From IMG/VR virus record IMGVR_UViG_3300048438_000153, positions 62,001 to 126,000 of that record: a stretch of DNA of 64,000 nucleotides; one strand, 5' to 3'. The first letter of the stretch is position 1. The number at the start of each line of letters is the position of its first letter. A program made the position numbers and the translations under genes. The notes under the pieces are model-generated. The model was not told the origin of the DNA and did not search any database. It saw only the letters and a program-made list of their open reading frames with translations. Positions 48,355 to 55,528 of the stretch are shown here, piece after piece.

Positions 48355-48671
48355 GAAAGACAGCCTCTTCAAAGAGAGTCGCAAAGATGTACTTCTTAGC
48401 GAGCACAAACTTGCCTCTCTTAGAGGAAGCCTTACCAAACACCTTCTCAGAAATCGAGCCCTTTAACCGAGTCTCTTGTAGTCACGACATTATGGAGAGC
48501 CTCAAGGCTGAGAAAGAGTTCAACCAAGAGACTCTCTTAAGGGTCTTGTCTGAGTACACTCAAGTAGATACCAACCTTGTCATGGCTGATGTCTCTCACT
48601 TATTCTCAGACGTGGGAGTAGCTCAGAAAGAAAAGCTCTTATCAGCTCTCACCACAGATAGAGAGCTGTAG
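48351..48671 (+). CDS. hypothetical protein with MRKTAS-RVAKMYF leader
   Basis: Leader motif; ATGA overlap. Confidence 0.6.
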   Translation: MRKTASSKRVAKMYFLASTNLPLLEEALPNTFSEIEPFNRVSCSHDIMESLKAEKEFNQETLLRVLSEYTQVDTNLVMADVSHLFSDVGVAQKEKLLSALTTDREL

Positions 48672-49451
48672 AGTGAGGTAGGTAGAAAGAGAGTTAAGCT
48701 CTTTCACTACCTTGAAGGGGTCGAACTTAAGACGACGATTATCACCTTTAAGTCTAGAAAGAGGCTTTCGGAGTTTTTTCTGAACCTCTTGAGCCATTGA
48801 CTCTTCAAGCTTTGACGTAAGCGCGAAGGCTGACTCAAGATCCTCGATCAAGTCTTGACCAACTTGACCTTGCTCTGCGTCAAGAACAGCCTCTTCAAGT
48901 GCTCTCTTAAGCTTCATAAGAACAGGCTTGCAAGAGATGACTGATTGGTTCGCCCACGAGCCTGCGTGAGACTCTAGACCCACAGGATACTGACCGAGAG
49001 GGAGCTTCCTGTTGTTTGGAGCGCGGTGGTAGTCTCCAAAGGCAGAAATATAACCCTTCTTAACCTTACTTAGCTCAAGGCGTTGAAGCTCGTACTTTGC
49101 ACCCGCGAGGTTCTTGAAGGTATCGCGTCTCTCTTGGAAACGAGGCCCAAGACGACCATACCTCTTGATGAGTGTGTAGCCCCCGACATTCTGAGGGTTC
49201 TGAACGATCAGCATCTCGTAATACTTAGACTGATTCTTCTCGCTATCAATCTTGTAAAGCATGGAGGCTTCCCCCTCCCTTGCTTTCTGACGTGTAAGAC
49301 CCTCAGATTTGAGGTAGGGCTTACCCGCAGCAGTCTTATTGATTTGTTGAGAGGCGCGCTTCGCCATAGCCTGACGAACATAAGCTCTTTTCTCTAGATA
49401 CTCGATGCGGTCTTCAAGGGCTGTCAGATTTTCTGAAGATAACCTATACAT
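48642..49451 (-). CDS. WGR-domain protein
   Basis: KIDSEKNQSKYYEM...LIKRYGRLG...A..EL..L..SKVKKGY. Confidence 0.75.
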   Translation of the reverse strand: MYRLSSENLTALEDRIEYLEKRAYVRQAMAKRASQQINKTAAGKPYLKSEGLTRQKAREGEASMLYKIDSEKNQSKYYEMLIVQNPQNVGGYTLIKRYGRLGPRFQERRDTFKNLAGAKYELQRLELSKVKKGYISAFGDYHRAPNNRKLPLGQYPVGLESHAGSWANQSVISCKPVLMKLKRALEEAVLDAEQGQVGQDLIEDLESAFALTSKLEESMAQEVQKKLRKPLSRLKGDNRRLKFDPFKVVKELNSLSTYLTLQLSICGES

Positions 49452-49508
49452 AGTGTCCTCCTCTTTGGTAAGGAAAATAGATAAACCAAGGAGGAGATAA
49501 AAAACCTA

Positions 49509-49841
49509 TTAAGAGCTGTAGCTGTAAGAGACTACCGCGAACTCTTTCTTGCCGATGATTTCTTTCGGAGAGAGATCGGTTCTCTTAATAGCCCACTCTA
49601 CATAGTAAGTACGTGGGATAAACTCTGTGCTTAGAGTCTCTCCCACATAGTAGACGCCTTCAGACTCTCTGACAGGAGAGCGATCTCCTAGACCGACGCG
49701 ATAGACTCCTCTTGTTTGAGTCTCACCGTAGAAAGTATACGTGATCTCGTAAGGGTCAAAAGGAAACCCGTTCTCGTCTGCTATAGATACTCTTAAGTCA
49801 TTCGGACCGAGTAGTTGGAGTTGTTTGAACAAAACAGCCAT
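49509..49841 (-). CDS. hypothetical beta-rich (Ig-like) structural protein
   Basis: DPYEITY...GVYY...YYVEW pattern. Confidence 0.5.
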   Translation of the reverse strand: MAVLFKQLQLLGPNDLRVSIADENGFPFDPYEITYTFYGETQTRGVYRVGLGDRSPVRESEGVYYVGETLSTEFIPRTYYVEWAIKRTDLSPKEIIGKKEFAVVSYSYSS

Positions 49842-50044
49842 CAGGTAGCACCCGCATATAAACCGAGAAAGAGATCTTCAAGCAGTGAGTGATCGAACAC
49901 ATCGTATATCACGTCTACAGTTTGAGAGTCAGGAAATAGCCAAACGGATCTCCCTACGTTAACCTCAATTAAGGATACCTGAAGAGTGCTACCCTTTAGG
50001 CATCTCCTGAAGAGAGCAACAGGGTTTGAAAAATCAATCAGCAT
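49841..50044 (-). CDS. hypothetical protein
   Basis: Coupled TGATG overlap. Confidence 0.45.
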   Translation of the reverse strand: MLIDFSNPVALFRRCLKGSTLQVSLIEVNVGRSVWLFPDSQTVDVIYDVFDHSLLEDLFLGLYAGAT

Positions 50045-50055
50045 AAGGTGTTCCT

Positions 50056-50394
50056 TCAGAAAGTAGCCAAGAGCTTCTGAGCGGTGACAGGCTTTTCAAC
50101 TTGTATAACTAGGTCGCGGATCAGCTCAGACCCATCAGCCACAAGTTCAGACTTGCATTCTACAAATACAGTATAACCCGCAAGCCCTTCGGGGATTTGA
50201 TACTGAGCTATGAAACGATAAGCCTGATCAGTAGCTCCCATAGGGAGGTCTGCGTCCGTCAAGGCTGTCCTCACAGCGCCTACAAAGTAAAACACTTGAT
50301 AGACGACATTCTGAACGGTCAGCGGTTTACCTAGCTCATCAAGCCAAGACACTTGTAGTGGGTGCGTATCGCCTTCTCTAGCTCTAGTAGTCAT
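50056..50394 (-). CDS. hypothetical beta-rich structural protein
   Basis: REGDTHPLQV start; late operon context. Confidence 0.5.
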   Translation of the reverse strand: MTTRAREGDTHPLQVSWLDELGKPLTVQNVVYQVFYFVGAVRTALTDADLPMGATDQAYRFIAQYQIPEGLAGYTVFVECKSELVADGSELIRDLVIQVEKPVTAQKLLATF

Positions 50395-50396
50395 GA

Positions 50397-51095
50397 TCAG
50401 TCCTCGTGAGTGTGGTAGCCCTCTCCGAAGAGAAAGTAACGGTGGAGGTCAGAGAGCAGAGCGTGGGCGTGTGAAATCTTATCCTCAACCCAATCTTCTA
50501 GCTCCTCACCCTCATGTACTTGACCTTCAAGGGTGCGGAGAAAGTCATCCATCTCTCGGATATTCTGAAGGCTCATGTAAGAGCCTCTGTGATGCCCCCC
50601 TCCTTGCTTCACAAATCGGGAATCGAGATCTCTTTCTAGCTCGTCTTCTTCCTCAATCATATCTACGAGCTGATCCGCGAGGTCATCAATCAAGCCCTCC
50701 TCTTCAGCGATCTCATAGAGATCATAATCTGACGCGGTGCGCTTGTAGAACTCACCCTCAGAAATGAAGCCGTCATCGTCGTCATCGAGAAGATCAAAGC
50801 CCTCTTCCCACTCGCGCTCAGAAATCAAACCGTCGCCATCAATGTCGAGGTCGTCGAAGTGAGGGTTATCCCACTCTTCTTCTGAAATAAAACCAGAGTT
50901 ATCTGTGTCGATCTGATCGAAAGCGTACTCCCACTCTTCGGGAGAAAGGCGTCCGTCATCGTCTTCGTCCATGTCTCGGAAAGAAGATGATGAAGTCTTA
51001 GTCTCACCGTAGTCGTGCCTCATGCGTAGAGGCTGTGTAAGAAAGGGGCTTCTCTCGCGAGAGAAATCAGGTGAGAATTTATGTTTGTAGCTCAT
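50397..51095 (-). CDS. four-EF-hand (calmodulin-like) protein with an extra C-terminal domain
   Basis: Loops DEDDDGRLSPEE, DTDNSGFISEEE, DIDGDGLISERE and DDDDDGFISEGE. Confidence 0.85.
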   Translation of the reverse strand: MSYKHKFSPDFSRERSPFLTQPLRMRHDYGETKTSSSSFRDMDEDDDGRLSPEEWEYAFDQIDTDNSGFISEEEWDNPHFDDLDIDGDGLISEREWEEGFDLLDDDDDGFISEGEFYKRTASDYDLYEIAEEEGLIDDLADQLVDMIEEEDELERDLDSRFVKQGGGHHRGSYMSLQNIREMDDFLRTLEGQVHEGEELEDWVEDKISHAHALLSDLHRYFLFGEGYHTHED

Positions 51096-51112
51096 AGCTT
51101 TAGTTGTCTTTC

Positions 51113-51880
51113 TTAGTGGTTGTTGATGTAGGCAGATGCAACGCGCTCAATCATTGCATACCTCTCTCCGCTTGGGCTCTTCTTATGTTTGGGCTTACGC
51201 GATCTACCCTTTGCCACATCTTTACTTCTGTTGTGGTGCTTACCCTTACCTGATGACCCCACGCCCCCATCAAACATACCCTGAGTGCTCGGGTCGCGGA
51301 ACTTAGGTATGGTGTTAGGGTCTTTTTTCTTTTTCTTCTTAGAAGCCGTCTTAAGACTCGCCATCACCTGACGTCCGTCTTCGGTGATCTCACGATCAAG
51401 CATGACCGCAGGCCGACGAACAAGGTAGTTAGGCCATTTCTCAAACCACTTAGAATAAAACTCGTCTTCCCCTACCTCTCTAACAGTCTTATCCGGGTTC
51501 GGGATGTTCGGGTCAGCGACGTGAACGATGTAGTTACCGCGCTCTCCTGTGACATCAAAGATCAGGCTCGCGTGACTCCAATCACGACCCTCGGGATTCC
51601 ACGCAATTAAGACAGGCTTTCCCTGATCAGTCCATGCTTTCACCTGAGAAAGAGTAGCAGGTGTGGTGAGCGTAGCCCGACACCCAAAGTACTGAGCGCA
51701 AGCTAAGACTTCTTCCCATCGAGCACCCTTCATAGGTTGCGCGCCGATGACCTTGTTTACCTGATCTTCGTTGCAGTCAACACCGAGCGCGTTGAGAGCC
51801 ATACACGTCGAGGTAGAGACACAGCTAAACTGAGATCTCTGTCTGATGGGCTTTACGTTAGCCTTCGCTGTTCTTCTCAT
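51113..51880 (-). CDS. C39-like cysteine peptidase with MRRTA leader
   Basis: RQRSQFSC (Q..C), WSHASL (H), VADPN (D). Start placed at 51880 from the RBS and the TAGATCGTCTAT motif at 51918-51929. Confidence 0.8.
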   Translation of the reverse strand: MRRTAKANVKPIRQRSQFSCVSTSTCMALNALGVDCNEDQVNKVIGAQPMKGARWEEVLACAQYFGCRATLTTPATLSQVKAWTDQGKPVLIAWNPEGRDWSHASLIFDVTGERGNYIVHVADPNIPNPDKTVREVGEDEFYSKWFEKWPNYLVRRPAVMLDREITEDGRQVMASLKTASKKKKKKDPNTIPKFRDPSTQGMFDGGVGSSGKGKHHNRSKDVAKGRSRKPKHKKSPSGERYAMIERVASAYINNH

Positions 51881-51954
51881 GGGAAGCACCTTTCTTAGTC
51901 TTTCCTCTAACCCTCTTATAGACGATCTACCAAGGGACGACATTCTCCGCATAT

Positions 51955-51987
51955 TGTGCGGAGAATAGACCTCTTAATCTCCGCACA
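51955..51987. promoter_or_regulatory. 10-bp inverted repeat in a divergent intergenic region
   Basis: tgtgcggaga ... tctccgcaca. Confidence 0.5.
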
Positions 51988-52047
51988 CTCGAAAAGCATC
52001 TTGCCTCTCCCTAAATACGATATGTACCCCTCACAAGGAGGTAAGTC

Positions 52048-52395
52048 ATGATCGCAGTCTTACATGACAAAGACATACTCAGCGTGAGAACAGACAAGCT
52101 GTATGGGGGCGTTATCATCTGCCCTATGAGAAAGAAGAACGCAGAGCAGTTCAGGATATTTATCTTAAACGGAAAGAGATCCTACGCGCTCTCATTTGAT
52201 CAGAGTAGAGGGGAAGTCCTGAAGCACCAATCCGCAAAGACATCTGAAGCCCTTCTCTTAAGGGATCTCATCAAGTCCCTCAATCAAGAAGAATACGTCT
52301 CGATGCACCCCCCTGTTATGTGGGAGTGGGGAGAGAAAGAGCTCGATTATCGAATACTCAAAATGACCCCACACGATTACTTAAACTCATGGTGA
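52048..52395 (+). CDS. hypothetical protein
   Basis: Strong AAGGAGGT RBS. Confidence 0.65.
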   Translation: MIAVLHDKDILSVRTDKLYGGVIICPMRKKNAEQFRIFILNGKRSYALSFDQSRGEVLKHQSAKTSEALLLRDLIKSLNQEEYVSMHPPVMWEWGEKELDYRILKMTPHDYLNSW

Positions 52396-52405
52396 AAGAA
52401 AGAAC

Positions 52406-53182
52406 ATGAACGAGCAGAAAGCTGGATGTGAAGCCATCGTGGAAGCGATGAAGGAAGACGCTAAGAAAAAAGGCTCTAGGGCAAAAAATATCGACCATTG
52501 GAAGTCCTTTGCCTGCCAAGCCATCGGAATCTCCAAGATGGGGTCAGCGCGGTGGCTGATGGTCATCAACTACGGCGTGAGAGAAGGCTATTTTAAGATT
52601 GTAAACGTCAAGGAAAAAGAAACCCTCTCCTTAGACACAGAGACACCCCCCCAAGTCTCTCTCATCGAAGAAGATCCCGAAGTCGAGACTCCTGAGCCTC
52701 CCGAAACGCCAAAGCGCGACAAGAGAGGATTCATGCCCTCTGACTACATCAAGGGTACAGGGATGCTTAAAGCAGAAACACCTAGAGCCAAGTCAATTCG
52801 AGAGAACGCGCACCGCTCAGACCTCATCCCTCAAAAGGGAGATCTCCTATGGGCGATCCGACCCGATAACTCCGTCTTCCATTCTGAAGTAGAAGAGGTC
52901 AGCATCGGAGTCCACGTCACGCCCCTCAATAAGAAAGATGGGCATTGGAGCTACGTCTCCTCTAATGACGTGTATGAAGATCAGAAAGAAGCTAAGAAAG
53001 AAGCGGATCGCAGAAGGTCAGAGAAAGAGAAAAGGTCAGCTAAGACTTATTGGTCTGCCGAGCTCGTGAATCGCGACGAATACGCTCTCTTCAAAGAATA
53101 CCTTGATAACAGAGAAGCCTTCTTCGCCTACTTGAAAAAGTTCTCCGAGGACACTGAGCTTGAGGGCAATCTCTTAAGCTAA
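52406..53182 (+). CDS. hypothetical protein
   Basis: Long ORF co-oriented with the preceding gene. Confidence 0.65.
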   Translation: MNEQKAGCEAIVEAMKEDAKKKGSRAKNIDHWKSFACQAIGISKMGSARWLMVINYGVREGYFKIVNVKEKETLSLDTETPPQVSLIEEDPEVETPEPPETPKRDKRGFMPSDYIKGTGMLKAETPRAKSIRENAHRSDLIPQKGDLLWAIRPDNSVFHSEVEEVSIGVHVTPLNKKDGHWSYVSSNDVYEDQKEAKKEADRRRSEKEKRSAKTYWSAELVNRDEYALFKEYLDNREAFFAYLKKFSEDTELEGNLLS

Positions 53183-55528
53183 TATCTGACCTCTAGGGAT
53201 GAGCCCGAGTGCTTGATACGTCTTACCCACCAAAGGGTGGAGATCAGAGGCGCAGAGGATAGCGCCTGATACCCCCGTTGCGGTAGACCCCGCATTTAAG
53301 ACTACAGAAGGTGCTTCTAAAGACACTTTACCCACTGACCTAATGCCTACCCCTAGTGAACCTGTAATCGCCACGTTACCTACCGCAGACTGAACACTCG
53401 CGTCTCCCAAGATCGCCTTGACCGTCACGCTCTCAGGAGAGGTGTCAACTGAGTTGCCCGCAGACCTCAGAGTAACACTCCCCACAGTAGATGACTGACT
53501 AATGCTTCCTAAGTTAACGCTCGTTGATCTGTCCCCTACTGTGAGGCTCGTCTGTTCCACATCTCCAAAGGCGACTGTTTCTTTCCTGACAGTACCGCCC
53601 ACCGATCCTGTCGCGGGCGACGACCCAAACGTCTCCTCAAGACCCTGACTCTTAATTGGCAATCCGTCTGTAGGACCTCCGTAGACTACTCTCTTGTTAC
53701 CTGTCACTGTCTCAGTCATGTCCGACGTCTCTAAAGTGAGCGATTTACCGCTCGCCAATGAGAAAGAGTCCTGACTTGAGAATCTGAAAGACTTAACGTC
53801 TGTGAAATCCACGATAGGAGCTGAGAGCTTAACCACACTAGAAGACTGTATTGAGATGCCTCGGCGCGCCTCAATGTTAACGCCCATCTGAGCTTCTTTC
53901 GCATCTTGGTTAGACGCGCCCTCATTAGGTGTTATGTAGCCCCCCGCAGAGATATTGACCGCGCCCTTTGGAGAAGTGACGTTGACACCTAGTGAGTTAC
54001 CGCTGTCTGACCCACCCACTAGGTTAATCTGAGCAGATTTCACCCTTAAATCGCCATCGAGAGTCACCTCTCCCCCACCGTTTACTTTCGCCTGTAGAGC
54101 TTCAGTAGAAAGACTAGAAATCTGCGCCTTCAAAGCTCCATTCTTAGTGAAAGAAACGAATGAGTCAGAGAGCTCTTCACTCAGAGGGTTCACCTTGATA
54201 AGTGTCGCGCACTGACTCCCGACCTCTCCCGTAACAGAGGGGACGAGAACTCCCTGACCGCTCGCGAAAGAAACACCGAGAGGGATGCCGTAGCTCTGAC
54301 GACCTACCCCAAAAGGATCATTACCTACAACACTCCCTAAGACAAACTCTACAAGAGGCAGACCACTCGCTAGGCGCTCAGCGTCGAAGCCGTCTGTTTG
54401 CTCCGTCACAGGGAGCGTGCCGTTAGACGTGTGAGATACCTCTACCCTATACTCTGAAAGAGCAGAGGATATCGGTTTCCCTGACTTGGCTTTCCTGTCT
54501 CTCCCTCTCTCGTCCATGCGGAGAATCGACTTGCCCCCATAGATTAGTTTACCTGAGTTAGCTCCCGTGACCTGACCTGACTCGTTAATAAGATTGGCTT
54601 CAAAGAAGAAAGAGAAAGGATTGAGATGGGGGTCAAGAGTGCCTCCCTCCTTCTCGAACTCTGTCTTGCCCTCTGAGTCCTTAAGAAAGATCTTATTTGG
54701 AAGGAACTTTCCGAGTGGGTCTGTGCTCGGCTCTGAAGGGTTCAACGTCGGGCTCGATTGAGGAGATCCGATTGAATCCTCCCCGAGATAAACCTGCATA
54801 CCCCCATCCCAATTGAAGCCGTCAGAAATCATCTCTTGAGGGATATGCTGTGCGTCTCTCTGAACCATCCCCGAATAGACTCGCGCTCCCGCCATCGAGT
54901 GGAACTGCTGAAGCGACCTCATCACAATCGCTTGGTCTTGATCTCTTAGTCTGATCTCGTTGGCTCTCCTGTTCGTGAGCAAAACACTCTCGTCAAGAAA
55001 GAGATCCGCACCCTGAGCTGACGAGGCGAGGATGTTCCCCTGATCCATGTGGCGCATCTTAAATCTTATTCTCTGCGCCACCTGAGAAACAGCCTGTCTG
55101 TCTTTCAGGTTGTTAAGAACCTGTTCCTCTGTAGTGAAGTCCTGAACAGGAAGCCAATCATGGCCGTAGAAAGGAGTTCTAGGCATCCAAGTCAGAATAA
55201 TAGGCTGTTTCCTACCTGCCTTATCCCCACTGTTGGCGACCCAACCTACCATACAGTAGTCGCCGACCTGTGGGATCGCCCCTAAGAAATGCCTAGACCC
55301 CGCTGAGGCCGCTGAAATCTCAACGCCCGTATACTTGGGTCTTTGATGCTCTCCGTGAACCACCTCAATGTTACACCTGAGCTCAGGGTGATAGACATCC
55401 GTGACTCGCGCCAAGCACAGAGAAAGAGCTGACCACCCATAACTAGGGTTGCTTTGCTTAAGCGCACTATTTCTGAGCCTCTCACTATCTCCCGCAGGGA
55501 AGTGAGTCATCTTACTGTACTTATCCAT
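53174..55528 (-). CDS. baseplate central spike (gp5/VgrG/gpV-like)
   Basis: N-terminal OB-fold-like LARVTDV...GAIPQVGDYCMVGW; C-terminal Ser/Gly/Val-rich beta-helix repeats; downstream of the hub. Confidence 0.7.
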   Translation of the reverse strand: MDKYSKMTHFPAGDSERLRNSALKQSNPSYGWSALSLCLARVTDVYHPELRCNIEVVHGEHQRPKYTGVEISAASAGSRHFLGAIPQVGDYCMVGWVANSGDKAGRKQPIILTWMPRTPFYGHDWLPVQDFTTEEQVLNNLKDRQAVSQVAQRIRFKMRHMDQGNILASSAQGADLFLDESVLLTNRRANEIRLRDQDQAIVMRSLQQFHSMAGARVYSGMVQRDAQHIPQEMISDGFNWDGGMQVYLGEDSIGSPQSSPTLNPSEPSTDPLGKFLPNKIFLKDSEGKTEFEKEGGTLDPHLNPFSFFFEANLINESGQVTGANSGKLIYGGKSILRMDERGRDRKAKSGKPISSALSEYRVEVSHTSNGTLPVTEQTDGFDAERLASGLPLVEFVLGSVVGNDPFGVGRQSYGIPLGVSFASGQGVLVPSVTGEVGSQCATLIKVNPLSEELSDSFVSFTKNGALKAQISSLSTEALQAKVNGGGEVTLDGDLRVKSAQINLVGGSDSGNSLGVNVTSPKGAVNISAGGYITPNEGASNQDAKEAQMGVNIEARRGISIQSSSVVKLSAPIVDFTDVKSFRFSSQDSFSLASGKSLTLETSDMTETVTGNKRVVYGGPTDGLPIKSQGLEETFGSSPATGSVGGTVRKETVAFGDVEQTSLTVGDRSTSVNLGSISQSSTVGSVTLRSAGNSVDTSPESVTVKAILGDASVQSAVGNVAITGSLGVGIRSVGKVSLEAPSVVLNAGSTATGVSGAILCASDLHPLVGKTYQALGLIPRGQILA

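Noticed and set aside
40278-51952. Track start positions 40278, 46072, 47581, 47622 and 51952 (also 28653, 29302, 12858)
   Set aside because: These are upstream extensions overlapping neighbouring genes or regulatory regions. RBS, coupling and paralogue N-termini support the downstream starts given in the features.
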